Shown: positions 8,420 to 18,757, numbered from the stretch's first letter. The stretch: DNA of 40,232 nucleotides from Flavobacteriales bacterium (GCA_044345355.1 JBIJBG010000003.1:1-40232); one strand, 5' to 3'. Numbers and translations are program-made. Notes: generated from the sequence alone by a model not told the origin.

Positions 8420-11400
8420 CTAATTCCCGCTGTTATCTCCTTCGGGTTGATTCAGGAGTTGCTCCAAGCCTCCAGAGGGATTTGATTTGAGTACCCTGAG
8501 TTTATTTTTAAGCTCCTGTGTTGACTGCAAAATAATCGCTGTACGGCGGGTTTCTTCCTCCACCGATTTAGCCGAAGCCCCTTTGAAACGGGCCAGATAA
8601 TCTCCCTCTTCGGTCATGCGTTCTTCCAGGCGGCTGAGTATATTTTCCGCTTTCTGAACCTCTCCCAGGTCCAGATACAAATCGGCAATAAGTAAACTGA
8701 AATAATTGTAAGGCACTTTGGCATCCGGCATCAATTCTTCCGCCTTGTCCAACACCTGAATGGCTTTGTCATTCTTCTTCTCCATCATCAATTTGGAGGC
8801 CAGGCGCACAAAGCTGTTGCGGAAGTTGAAGGTCATCCGCATGTTGGTTTCATCCAGATACACCTTGGGGTCGTTCATATTGCCCCAGGCAAATTTATTC
8901 ATGAAATTGTCATACATGATGTCTGAGTTGATTTCGCCCGGCTGCCGGTCGTGCGATTTAGCTTTGAATGGAACAAAACGGTAGGCCATTCCTTCCAGTT
9001 GAAAATAATCTTGCAATCCCATAAAATCTTCGCCCACCGTGATGGCAAAATATACCGGGCGATCCCAGTTAAAATTATTCAGAAGAGACAGAATCATCAG
9101 GTCGCTTTTGAGTACATAGGGGCGGTCTATTTCAATGCGTATTTCTTTCTCCACCCGGTCTTCCGAACCTTTTGGCACGGTACCGTTGGCCACCACTTTC
9201 GCACTGTCCACCGGAATGATAAACTTGTTGGAACGGAAGTAATATAACTTCTGACCGCGGCCTACATCGGCCATATTGCGGCCTTCCGCATTCAACAGCC
9301 AATTAAAATGCTCTTTGATGGTGTAATATTGGGGATTTTCCCGATCAAACAATACCTGATCCCTTTTAGATCCAAGATACTGGTCCTGACGCATACCGAA
9401 AGGCACTCCCGGTCCGTCATAGGCGGCACGCTTCATCTGATCGATATACCAGTCGGTATTCAACAGACTGAGGTTTACCACACGCACATCCGTGCGGACT
9501 CCCTCCACCTCCTGAGCATACCAGAGTGGGAACGTATCATTGTCACCGTTCGTAAAAATAATGGCGTTGGGCGCACAGCTGTTCAGGTAATTTTTGGCAA
9601 AATCGCGGGCGGTATAACGTCCTGCTCTGTTATGGTCGTCATAGTTTTGAAAAGCCAAAATAAGCGGCACGGACATAGCCACCAGAATGGCTCCGGTTGC
9701 GGCAAGCGAAGAAGAGAGCTTTTTCCCCAAGGCATTTTGTAAAAATTCATGAAGAGCATATACTCCGAAGCCTATCCAAATGCAGAACGCATAAAAAGAC
9801 CCCGCATAGGCATAATCACGCTCACGCGGTTGAAGCGGCGTTTGATTCAAATAGAGCACAATGGCATAACCGGTGAGGAAAAATAACATGAAGACAATAA
9901 TAAAACTGCGGTTGGAACGCATCATTTGATAGGCAAAGCCTATTAAACCCAAAATAAGAGGCAGAAAATAATAGCGGTTCCTTCCGGGATTGGCGGCTCG
10001 GTCTTCGGGAAGCTTAGATTGAGGAGCGCCCGTAACCAATTCATCAATAAAAGGAATTCCACTGATCCAATTTCCGTTAATGGCTTCTCCGTTGCCCTGC
10101 ATATCATTCTGACGGCCTACGAAGTTCCACATGAAATACCGGTTGTACATGTGCACGATGTGGTACCGGAAAAAGAATGTCAGGTTATTACCGAAGGTGG
10201 GCTTGGCGCCCTGCTTAATTTTTCCCCAATATTTATACTCACGCACATGCTGTCCCTGCGGGCTCCACAAACGCGGAAAAATCGTGCTTTCCGAAGAGGC
10301 GTAAGTGGGCTCCTTTTTGCGGTCGGTTTCCAAATAGCTGTATCCCATTTTGTATTTTTTTCCTTCCTTTTCGGAAAGGCGGATAAAGTTTTCCGCTTCG
10401 AATTTTTCGGTGAAAAAATTCACCTGTTTGCCGCGCTCATCCAAAATGGTGTAGGCACGGGTAATCATTGGGCCTTTATCTTCATAACCTGTGGGATTGG
10501 CGTAATAATAAGGGCCGTAAAAGAGTGGCTGGGAGCCATACTGTTCGCGGTTCAGGTAAGCCAACAGAGAAAACACGTCCGCCGGGTTATTTTCGTCCAT
10601 GGGCGTATTCGCATTGGAACGGATAATGATCATGGCATAGGAGGTATAACCCAGCAGAATGACCGCAAAAAAGGAAATAACCAGATTGAACGTGGAATAT
10701 TCACTGTGACGCGACTGTCCGGCAAATTTGTCGTTACCCTTGTCGTTATAAATCCCATACCAAAGCAATAATCCGGGCAGCACGAGGGTAACGGCGCACA
10801 AGAAGGAAAGAAAGCGGTTTTTGGTTACTGCAAAAGTGACCCCGAAAAGAGCCACGCCAAAAATTACCCATAGCAACGAGGCCTGGAGAATAAACCAAAA
10901 TACCGCCGTGGCAAAAATGTACAGCCAGACGGGGGCCTGCCGGTTTGAGGTAAACCACAGTCCCAGGCCGATAAATGCCGCAATTACCAAAATAAAGAAC
11001 ACAAAACCGCTGTAAAAGGGCAGGCCGAATGTGTCAGTAAAGAGTTGTTCAAAAACGCCGGCACCTTCCACAATTCCGGGGATGATGCCATACTGAACAA
11101 AAACAAGGAAAAATCCACCAAGAAAAAAAGTCCCGACTGATCCCACTAAAGTGGGTTTGTAGCGGCGGAAATAATAAATGAAGGCTAACGCAGGGATGGT
11201 AAGCAGGTTCAGCAGGTGCACCCCGATGGAAAGGCCCATCAGGTAAGCGATAAGCACGAGCCAACGGTCGGCGTGGGGCTCATCGGCGCTTTCGTCCCAG
11301 CGCAGCATGGCCCAAAAAACAACTGCCGTAAAAAGGGAAGACGCCGCATATACTTCGGCCTCCACCGCTGAAAACCAAAACGTATCCGAGAACGTATAGG

Positions 11401-11806
11401 CAAGAGCGCCTATCAGTCCCGAACCGAGAACAGAGATACGCGTACCTACGGGTAGTTTGTCTCCGTCTGCCGTGCCGTGAGCCTGTGCGGCTATTTTTCG
11501 GGCTAAAATGGTTATGGTCCAAAATAGAAATGCGATGGTAAAGGCGGAAGTAATTACCGATACCATGTTAATCCAATAGGCAACCTGGGCCACATCACCA
11601 CCGGCCAAAAGGGAAAACACCCTTCCAATCATCAGGAACAGCGGAGCGCCCGGGGGATGCCCTACCTGAAGTTTGTATGAGGATGCGATGAACTCCCCAC
11701 AATCCCAAAAACTGGTAGTGGGCTCCATGGTAAAGAAATACGTAAAAAAGGCTACTAAAAAAGTAACCCATCCCAGCATGTTGTTCCAAAAGCGATAATG
11801 CATCAT
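8420..11806 (-). CDS. DUF2723 / TMEM260-like GT-C membrane glycosyltransferase
   Basis: SFWDCGEFI, VGHPPGAP, FWFSAVEAEVYA, GVHLLNLL, QPRERDYAY, FTNGDNDTFPLWY motifs; start MMHYRFWNN at 11806 supported by TACTTTCG at 11837-11844 (minus). Confidence 0.92.
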   Translation of the reverse strand: MMHYRFWNNMLGWVTFLVAFFTYFFTMEPTTSFWDCGEFIASSYKLQVGHPPGAPLFLMIGRVFSLLAGGDVAQVAYWINMVSVITSAFTIAFLFWTITILARKIAAQAHGTADGDKLPVGTRISVLGSGLIGALAYTFSDTFWFSAVEAEVYAASSLFTAVVFWAMLRWDESADEPHADRWLVLIAYLMGLSIGVHLLNLLTIPALAFIYYFRRYKPTLVGSVGTFFLGGFFLVFVQYGIIPGIVEGAGVFEQLFTDTFGLPFYSGFVFFILVIAAFIGLGLWFTSNRQAPVWLYIFATAVFWFILQASLLWVIFGVALFGVTFAVTKNRFLSFLCAVTLVLPGLLLWYGIYNDKGNDKFAGQSRHSEYSTFNLVISFFAVILLGYTSYAMIIIRSNANTPMDENNPADVFSLLAYLNREQYGSQPLFYGPYYYANPTGYEDKGPMITRAYTILDERGKQVNFFTEKFEAENFIRLSEKEGKKYKMGYSYLETDRKKEPTYASSESTIFPRLWSPQGQHVREYKYWGKIKQGAKPTFGNNLTFFFRYHIVHMYNRYFMWNFVGRQNDMQGNGEAINGNWISGIPFIDELVTGAPQSKLPEDRAANPGRNRYYFLPLILGLIGFAYQMMRSNRSFIIVFMLFFLTGYAIVLYLNQTPLQPRERDYAYAGSFYAFCIWIGFGVYALHEFLQNALGKKLSSSLAATGAILVAMSVPLILAFQNYDDHNRAGRYTARDFAKNYLNSCAPNAIIFTNGDNDTFPLWYAQEVEGVRTDVRVVNLSLLNTDWYIDQMKRAAYDGPGVPFGMRQDQYLGSKRDQVLFDRENPQYYTIKEHFNWLLNAEGRNMADVGRGQKLYYFRSNKFIIPVDSAKVVANGTVPKGSEDRVEKEIRIEIDRPYVLKSDLMILSLLNNFNWDRPVYFAITVGEDFMGLQDYFQLEGMAYRFVPFKAKSHDRQPGEINSDIMYDNFMNKFAWGNMNDPKVYLDETNMRMTFNFRNSFVRLASKLMMEKKNDKAIQVLDKAEELMPDAKVPYNYFSLLIADLYLDLGEVQKAENILSRLEERMTEEGDYLARFKGASAKSVEEETRRTAIILQSTQELKNKLRVLKSNPSGGLEQLLNQPEGDNSGN

Positions 11807-11981
11807 AAAGCGGAAGCCTAAAATTTGGTTTATCTGCGAAAGTATAAATGTATTTGGAAACGGCGAACATTCCAATAAAAATAGGCCCGGAATTACTGCC
11901 GCAACAACTAAACCCGAAAAGGGCTGAACTAAAATTCGCCGTTATGCGTTATCTTACCGTTGTTTTCGCAATTTTGCGCAG

Positions 11982-12542
11982 ATGAAAGGGAAAATACTCC
12001 GCCTGTTGCTTTTCGTGATTCTTTGGTTGCCGGCCATTTTGGTTACAGCCCAGGAGCCCAATCCTTTCGGGCCTGATGCACCGCCGCCGGTAAGAAAAGA
12101 ACGAGTCATTGACCGTTTCTTTTTCGGCGGAAATTTGGGCCTGCAGGTAGGGCAGGTTACTTATGTAAATATTGCACCCATTGTAGGATACAAGATAACA
12201 CGCAGATACCATGCGGGGGTGGGAATCAATTACATCTACACCAACTATTTCGGGCAGGGATACCACCTGATCGGGGGCCGTCTTTTTCAGCAATTTTTTG
12301 TGTGGAAAGGCATTTTTCTGCACGGAGAATATGAATTCATGAATTACCCCACCTCTTTCGCCAATGCCAACGGAAAATGGGTGCGCAACATCGCCAATGC
12401 CTTCAACCTGGGTCCTGGCTACCAACAAAATTTCGGACGAAGGGCATTTACCAATGTGGCGGTTCTGTACAACGTGATTTGGGACCGCAACAATACCATT
12501 TACAATACGCCCTGGTCGCTCCGGTTTACCTTCGGATTTTAA
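11982..12542 (+). CDS. Hypothetical small outer-membrane beta-barrel protein
   Basis: Signal peptide, alternating amphipathic strands (FFFGGNLGL, NIAPIVGY), C-terminal FTFGF. Confidence 0.8.
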   Translation: MKGKILRLLLFVILWLPAILVTAQEPNPFGPDAPPPVRKERVIDRFFFGGNLGLQVGQVTYVNIAPIVGYKITRRYHAGVGINYIYTNYFGQGYHLIGGRLFQQFFVWKGIFLHGEYEFMNYPTSFANANGKWVRNIANAFNLGPGYQQNFGRRAFTNVAVLYNVIWDRNNTIYNTPWSLRFTFGF

Positions 12543-12575
12543 AGGGAGAACAACAATAAATTGAACAACCGTTTA

Positions 12576-13088
12576 TCAGAACAGGGAACTCATGCGTCTG
12601 ATTTCCCCGTGATCAGGGCATTCGGCCAGCAACGCTGCCATGGTTTTTCCAAATTCGGGATGAATATAATCAGGGGCGAGCTCGGCCATGGGGGCCAATA
12701 CGAAACGACGGAGATGGGCGCGCGGATGGGGAATCTGTAGATCAGGCGAATAAATATGGAGATCATCCCAGAAGAGAATGTCCAGATCCAAGGTACGGGA
12801 ACAGTATCCGGCCTCCTTATGGCGTACTCTTCCCAAAACTTGCTCCACATCCAGCAGATGTTTCATCAAAGCGGGCGGATTCCATGAGGTAAAACAGGAA
12901 AAACAGAGGTTCAAAAAAGGCACGGGATCTTCAAATTCCCAAGGCTCTGTTTCATATACGGATGATATTTCAGAAATGCTCAAAGCCTCACCTTCCAATT
13001 GATGCAGGGATTCGCGGAGGTAATTCAGCCGGTCTCCGGAATTGCTTCCGGCCGAAATAAAAACTTTCGCCGTAAAACTATTTTGCAC
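12576..13088 (-). CDS. folK: 2-amino-4-hydroxy-6-hydroxymethyldihydropteridine diphosphokinase
   Basis: GSNSGDR, SSVYETEPW, RTLDLDIL, IPHPR..RRFVL.P motifs. Confidence 0.95.
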   Translation of the reverse strand: MQNSFTAKVFISAGSNSGDRLNYLRESLHQLEGEALSISEISSVYETEPWEFEDPVPFLNLCFSCFTSWNPPALMKHLLDVEQVLGRVRHKEAGYCSRTLDLDILFWDDLHIYSPDLQIPHPRAHLRRFVLAPMAELAPDYIHPEFGKTMAALLAECPDHGEIRRMSSLF

Positions 13089-13126
13089 CCCGTAAAGTTA
13101 TATAACCTGCATCAAAATGCCGCATC

Positions 13127-13585
13127 ATGAAATTTCAAATGAGCGCTCCGGTAAAGGGTCATTCTCCGCAGGAAATAATCCGCGTATTCGATTTCGATCT
13201 GCTCCGTGCATTAAGCCCCCCGATGATGAAGCCGGATCTGGTTTCGTATGGCGGTTATGCCCCCGGCACAACAATTCATTTCCGACTAAACACTCCTTTC
13301 GGCATTAAAGACTGGAAAGGAATGATAACCGAATACCGCGAGAATGAAGCTGAAATTTATTTCATCGACCAAGGTGTTGAACTTCCTTTTGGAATAAAAA
13401 GCTGGAAACACAAACACCGTTTAATCCGCACAACCTACGGAACCGAAATCCGCGATGAAGTGGAATTTTCCTTCTACGGAGTGCTTTCCCGCCTGGTTCT
13501 CACACCCGGCATCTGGCTGCAGTTTCTTTACCGAAAACCGCTCTATTCCAAAATTATTTCGAGGCGGCTTAAAAAACAAATGTGA
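13127..13585 (+). CDS. SRPBCC-like ligand-binding protein
   Basis: LSPP, YFIDQGVELPF...W.HKH, EIRDEVEF, YRKP motifs. Confidence 0.8.
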   Translation: MKFQMSAPVKGHSPQEIIRVFDFDLLRALSPPMMKPDLVSYGGYAPGTTIHFRLNTPFGIKDWKGMITEYRENEAEIYFIDQGVELPFGIKSWKHKHRLIRTTYGTEIRDEVEFSFYGVLSRLVLTPGIWLQFLYRKPLYSKIISRRLKKQM

Positions 13586-13651
13586 AAATTTGTGAAAATC
13601 AAGTCAAAGTTTTAGTTTTGACTCCGATAACCACCATTTTAAAAAACCAAA

Positions 13652-16387
13652 GTGAAGGCAATAAAAAAGTACATAGCGATTCTTTTTATTGTATTGTGGG
13701 GGAAGGCCTTATATAGTCAGATTACGGTGGCTACCGCTACTCCCCAACAGGCACTGAATGTACTTATCGGAGGCAATGTTCCTTATACATTCGTCGGTTC
13801 TCAGGGAAATACCTCGCAATTCGGCACATTCAACGGCGCAAATTCCAACATCGGCTTTGCCTCCGGCATGTTGCTCAGTACGGCAACAATTGTTGCCCCC
13901 AACGGCTTTGCACCTCCGGCATTTTTAACCGGCGCCGGGACTACGGGCAGCACCCTGTTGAACGGTTTAGGATTAGGCAATACCAACAATGCGGCGCAGG
14001 TTACCTTCTCGTTCACCCCCGTTTCAGATACCATTAAATTCCGGTATGTGTTTGCCTCCAACGAGTACCCCAATTATGTATGCAGCGGATTTAACGATGT
14101 GTTTGCGTTCTTTCTTTCAGGGCCGAATCCCTCAGGAGGAACCTACACCAACACCAACATTGCCCTGATCCCTGGAACGACCACGCCCGTTACCATCAAC
14201 AACGTGAATGCGGGCAATACTTCAGGAACCTGTTCACCCCCATCCGGCGGAGGACCCTGTCCGTGTAATTCGCAATATTTTGTCAACAATTACAGCCCCA
14301 ACCAGGGCACGGTCAACATCAACGGATTTACCACTCCGCTCACTGCCGTAGCTGCCGTGGTTCCCTGCTCCACCTACACCATCACCCTTGCCGTAGGCGA
14401 TGTGCTGGATGGTGCACTCAATTCAGCCGTATTTTTGGAAGCCAACAGTTTTATTTCTCCTGTCGTTACCATTAACCCGAATGCAAGTATCGGCGGAGTG
14501 GACACCATACTCTATGAAGGCTGCAGTTTTGCCGATATCGAGGTGTTCAGAAATTACGGATTGGAAGACAGCCAAACCTATACCCTACAAATTTCGGGAA
14601 CCGCACAAAATGGGGTAGATTACACCGGTATTCCCCAAACACTTACTTTCCCGGCAGGTGATTCTACGCAAATCTTCACTCTGAATACGCTGAACAATCC
14701 GGGATCCGACCAAAACTCGTTTGTCACCATCACCATTACCGATACCGTTTGTGCTACCGGAGGTACTATCTCCTCCTCTATCACACTCCAACTTATCCAT
14801 GTAGATACCCTGAACGTGGACATAGGGCCGGATCTGCTCTCCTGCGACACGTTGAACATTCCCTCCCTCGTGACGGGCGGGCTTCCTCCATACTCCTACA
14901 GCTGGAATAACGGACAGTTTACCTCTCCCCAAATCACCGACTACATACTCACTACTCCGGAAGCCTTCATTTTAGAAGTAAACGATAACTGCAACAACAC
15001 CGCTTACGACACGCTTCAGGCCAACGTACTCAATGCCCCCACGGCTTATTTTGATATTTCGGCATCCTCGCCTGTGGTTAACGAAGAATGCGGAACGGTG
15101 ACCATCACCATTACGCGTCAGGAATTATTGAATCAGGCAAGAACTTATCCCGTTTTAACCGCCGGCACAGCTACCGGAGGAACGGATTATTCTCTCCCGG
15201 CTACCTGTTCTTTTGGGGTCAATCAAACTACGGCAACTATTTCGTTGACTCCGATTTGGGATGCTCTTTCGGAAGGTCCTGAAACCATTTTCATCATCAT
15301 GGCGGACACGCTCTGCAACGGAACGATAGTTTTCGACAGTACCCTCATCACTATTCTCAACATTAATCCCCAAACACTTAATGCCGGAACCGATATTTCC
15401 ACGGGCTGCCCCATTTTAGTCCAAAATCTCCAGCCCGTAAGCTCAGGCGGTACACCACCCTACAATTATAACTGGAGCTCCGGACAGAACACCCAGAACA
15501 TCAGCGTGCAGCCTCAGGTGACCACGATATATGCGGTTACGGTTACGGATAGTTGTGGAAATTCCGTTTCCGATGATCTGGAAATTGAAACCTATTATCC
15601 GCCCATACCCGATTTCACATTCAACTCGGCCAACTGGTGCGAACCTGCCATCGTGCTTTTTACCAACACCACCCAAAATGTTTCCGGACAAATCACCGGA
15701 TATTCCTGGAATCTCGGAAACGGAGAAATAAGCACCCAGGTAAATCCTGCGGGAGTGTATGAAACGGACGGTGAATATGAGGTAACGCTTGTGGCAGACA
15801 ACTCTTTCGGATGCACGGATTCCGTCACCAAAACCATTACCGTAAGGCCCAAACCGGAAGCAGGCTTTTATTTTGCCCCGTCAAATCCTTCCGTTAATAA
15901 TCCATTGGTCGGTTTTTTCGACAATTCCTCCGAGGATGCACTCAGCTGGACCTGGCAGATTCAATCGCTTTATTCGTCCACGGAGCAAAATACCCAATAC
16001 ACCTTCACCACGCCGGGCGAATACGATGTAACGCTTTATATCGTAAACCAATACGGATGTACGGATACCGCCTACGGAACCGTAATCGTAACGGGGATTT
16101 CCACCATTTATGTGCCCACGGCATTTACCCCACAGGGCGATTTACTGAATGAAACCTTCATGCCGCTGCTCACCAACATGAAAGCCTTCGAAATGCGCAT
16201 ATTTAACCGATGGGGAGAACTACTTTTTTCTACACAAAATCCCGACGGACCTGGATGGGATGGAAAGAACAAGGCCGGCAATCCGATGAAGAACGATGTA
16301 TATGTGTACAAAATATACGTGAAGGATATCTACGGGATGGAGTTTGACTATTACGGGCAATTTCTGCTGATGAGCGACAAAAACTGA
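13652..16387 (+). CDS. T9SS type B (CHU_C) surface protein with choice-of-anchor L, Calx-beta-like and PKD domains
   Basis: FRYVFASNEY..FNDVFAFF.SGP (choice-of-anchor L); YSWNLGNG/GEYEVTL (PKD); IYVPTAFTPQGD..NETF, IFNRWGE, GWDG, DVYVY (type B CTD). Confidence 0.92.
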   Translation: MKAIKKYIAILFIVLWGKALYSQITVATATPQQALNVLIGGNVPYTFVGSQGNTSQFGTFNGANSNIGFASGMLLSTATIVAPNGFAPPAFLTGAGTTGSTLLNGLGLGNTNNAAQVTFSFTPVSDTIKFRYVFASNEYPNYVCSGFNDVFAFFLSGPNPSGGTYTNTNIALIPGTTTPVTINNVNAGNTSGTCSPPSGGGPCPCNSQYFVNNYSPNQGTVNINGFTTPLTAVAAVVPCSTYTITLAVGDVLDGALNSAVFLEANSFISPVVTINPNASIGGVDTILYEGCSFADIEVFRNYGLEDSQTYTLQISGTAQNGVDYTGIPQTLTFPAGDSTQIFTLNTLNNPGSDQNSFVTITITDTVCATGGTISSSITLQLIHVDTLNVDIGPDLLSCDTLNIPSLVTGGLPPYSYSWNNGQFTSPQITDYILTTPEAFILEVNDNCNNTAYDTLQANVLNAPTAYFDISASSPVVNEECGTVTITITRQELLNQARTYPVLTAGTATGGTDYSLPATCSFGVNQTTATISLTPIWDALSEGPETIFIIMADTLCNGTIVFDSTLITILNINPQTLNAGTDISTGCPILVQNLQPVSSGGTPPYNYNWSSGQNTQNISVQPQVTTIYAVTVTDSCGNSVSDDLEIETYYPPIPDFTFNSANWCEPAIVLFTNTTQNVSGQITGYSWNLGNGEISTQVNPAGVYETDGEYEVTLVADNSFGCTDSVTKTITVRPKPEAGFYFAPSNPSVNNPLVGFFDNSSEDALSWTWQIQSLYSSTEQNTQYTFTTPGEYDVTLYIVNQYGCTDTAYGTVIVTGISTIYVPTAFTPQGDLLNETFMPLLTNMKAFEMRIFNRWGELLFSTQNPDGPGWDGKNKAGNPMKNDVYVYKIYVKDIYGMEFDYYGQFLLMSDKN

Positions 16388-16433
16388 TTCCGGCGTGTTA
16401 TACTAAAACCTTCGCCGCCCCGTTCAATTAAGT

Positions 16434-17789
16434 ATGCTCCGGTATTTTGTTCTGGTTTTTCTTTTTCACTTTTCGTGCGCCGTATCAGGGCAAGTTACCC
16501 TGTTGCCCGGAACCACCTTGGATTACGGGCAGGTAGACGTGTGGAGAAACCAACCCGGAGAATTAAAAATCCTGAATACCGGAAACCGTCCGCTTGCCAT
16601 TTTAAAAATCAGTGGTTCGGCCAATCTCACCGCCGAATACCCAAAAACCTTCATACCGCCCGGTGATACCGCAACCGTCATTTTTCGCCTGTTCACACCC
16701 CATTCGGGATCCTTTTCCGAGCAGGCCGATTTGTTTCTGAGCTCATCTGAAAAACCGCTGCGCATCACCGTAAAAGGGAGCATTAAAAGCATCGCCTCAG
16801 ATGCTCTTACCGCATGCCCCACAGAAGGTCTGCAAGGCCCTCCCCCGACCTTTCTGCAGCGATTTGCCGCCATAGACAAGGAAACCGGCCGGCCTGTTCC
16901 CAGAGCACTTTTCAGCCTGATCTCCTACGGCGGATACAGGGACGATTTTAAAACACCCGGAAACGGAAAAGCCGTTATCAAAAACTACAGAACGGGCGAA
17001 TACGAAGTGTCGGTGCGTGCTGACGGATACCTTCCGATAGACAGCGGATTGCTGATTTTGCCGGGAGAACACGATTTTCGTTTTTACCTGAAAAAACCAA
17101 AGCCCACAATCCCTGATCCTAAGCCCATGCCAGAGCCGGAACCTCAGCCCCAAATCACGCAAATTATACCCGATACGCTTCCCCCACAAAAAACGGAAAC
17201 CGGCGGATCTTCCATCATGCCTCTGGAAAAATTTAAACCCAACAACCTGGTTTTCGTATTGGATATTTCCTCTTCCATGCGCATCCTCGGCCGCATGGAG
17301 CTGCTGAAAAAAGCCATGATACAACTGACCGAAGCCCTCAGAGAAGCCGACAGAATAACCCTGATTACCTTTTCCACAGTGCCCGTTTTACGCATAAAAG
17401 GCGCACCCGGAAACCAAAAAGATACGCTCAACAGCATCATCCGCTCGCTATCGGCATCCGGAGCCACTTACGGAATACGGGGCTTGCGCTTTGCTTATGA
17501 ACTCGCCGAAAAAAATATCATCCCCGAAGGAAACAACACGGTAATCATAGCCACCGACGGGGAATTCCCCCAGACAGATGAACATGGAACGGACATTCAA
17601 ACCCTCATCCGCGATTATCTCGAAAAAAATATCAAACTGGGCGTCATGGCATTCGGACGCGATGCCGAAGCGCTGAAAAGCATGGAAAAAATGGCGGTAA
17701 AAGGTGCCGGCGGATATATGCGCATGGACGGAACCGATGCTTCTCCCGAAAGGCTGCTGCAGGAAATCATGAGGCAAAGCGAACGCTGA
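16434..17789 (+). CDS. Secreted VWA domain protein (DUF1573-like Ig, carboxypeptidase-regulatory-like domain, Pro-rich linker, VWA)
   Basis: NTGNRPL.I...IPPGDT; PKPMPEPEPQP linker; NNLVFVLDISSSM MIDAS and IIATDG. Confidence 0.85.
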   Translation: MLRYFVLVFLFHFSCAVSGQVTLLPGTTLDYGQVDVWRNQPGELKILNTGNRPLAILKISGSANLTAEYPKTFIPPGDTATVIFRLFTPHSGSFSEQADLFLSSSEKPLRITVKGSIKSIASDALTACPTEGLQGPPPTFLQRFAAIDKETGRPVPRALFSLISYGGYRDDFKTPGNGKAVIKNYRTGEYEVSVRADGYLPIDSGLLILPGEHDFRFYLKKPKPTIPDPKPMPEPEPQPQITQIIPDTLPPQKTETGGSSIMPLEKFKPNNLVFVLDISSSMRILGRMELLKKAMIQLTEALREADRITLITFSTVPVLRIKGAPGNQKDTLNSIIRSLSASGATYGIRGLRFAYELAEKNIIPEGNNTVIIATDGEFPQTDEHGTDIQTLIRDYLEKNIKLGVMAFGRDAEALKSMEKMAVKGAGGYMRMDGTDASPERLLQEIMRQSER

Positions 17790-17861
17790 AAACCCATACA
17801 CAAATCCAAAAAAACCTTTTTCGTGATAAGGCCCTCACAAAATACATGTCCTGAAAATACC

Positions 17862-17869
17862 TATATTTG
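17862..17869 (+). promoter_or_regulatory. Bacteroidota -7 promoter element upstream of slyD
   Basis: TATATTTG matches TAnnTTTG. Confidence 0.45.
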
Positions 17870-17953
17870 ATGCGGTAAATCGTATTTCGCGCCTTTATGC
17901 AGAGTCCGGCTTACACCATGTAAAATCCCGCAAGTCGGACAAAAAATCATAAC

Positions 17954-18460
17954 ATGCAAATCGGTCAAAACAAAGTGGTGTCCATCACCTACACGCTGCG
18001 CGAAGCAGGAGAAAACACAGAAATCATTCAACAGGTAGAATCAGACCAGCCTCTGGTTTTTCTATTCGGAGTCGGGCAGCTTCTGCCCAAATTTGAAGAG
18101 CATCTAGCCGGTAAATCACAAGGTGACTCATACGAATTTACACTCCTCCACATGGACGCTTACGGACCCGTTGATTCCGAAGCGGTAGTGGAAGTCCCCA
18201 TCGACATTTTTATGGTGGACGGAAAATTAGCCGAAGACATGCTCACCATAGGCGGTACCGTGCGCCTGCGCGACGATGAAAACAGGCTGCTTCAGGGCAC
18301 CGTATTGCAACGCGGACTGGATAAAGTAAAAATAGACTTCAATCATCCCATGGCAGGGAAAGACCTTCATTTTTCGGGAATCATCACCGACGTGCGTCCC
18401 GCATCCGAAGAAGAAATTGCCCACGGCCATGTGCATGGGGAGGGCGGTCATCACCATTAA
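17954..18460 (+). CDS. slyD: FKBP-type peptidyl-prolyl isomerase SlyD
   Basis: NKVVSITYTL, DAYG, DFNHPMAGKDLHF, short His-rich tail HGHVHGEGGHHH. Confidence 0.93.
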   Translation: MQIGQNKVVSITYTLREAGENTEIIQQVESDQPLVFLFGVGQLLPKFEEHLAGKSQGDSYEFTLLHMDAYGPVDSEAVVEVPIDIFMVDGKLAEDMLTIGGTVRLRDDENRLLQGTVLQRGLDKVKIDFNHPMAGKDLHFSGIITDVRPASEEEIAHGHVHGEGGHHH

Positions 18461-18501
18461 AACAGGAGTTTCTTTTCCCTATTTTCTAACCTAGACTATG
18501 C

Positions 18502-18717
18502 ATGGAAAACACGGAAGATGTAAGCGACGAAAAAGAAAAAAAACGGAAAGAGCGCGAAGCTTTTGAAGCCTATTTTCTCCGGGAAAAAGCAAAAGAAGAG
18601 GCGCGCAACAAAAAAGTCATTACACTGGTCATTATTTTCGGCGTGGGTGTCCCCCTGCTCTTTACCGTTCTATATTTTGTGGCCTTGATTTCGTTCGGCA
18701 TTTTGGATAAACTGTAG
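18502..18717 (+). CDS. Small hypothetical membrane protein
   Basis: 71 aa; charged helical N-half then a long hydrophobic C-terminal segment; fills slyD-aspS gap. Confidence 0.65.
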   Translation: MENTEDVSDEKEKKRKEREAFEAYFLREKAKEEARNKKVITLVIIFGVGVPLLFTVLYFVALISFGILDKL

Positions 18718-18757
18718 CCGAACATCATATTTTTTTCGCCCTTAGACCCTTTCCGGC

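Noticed and set aside
10019-10771. Long antisense ORFs (also 4680..5399, 19403..20155, 35852..36469, 37994..38521)
   Set aside because: Overlap well-supported genes on the opposite strand and have no protein-like motifs.
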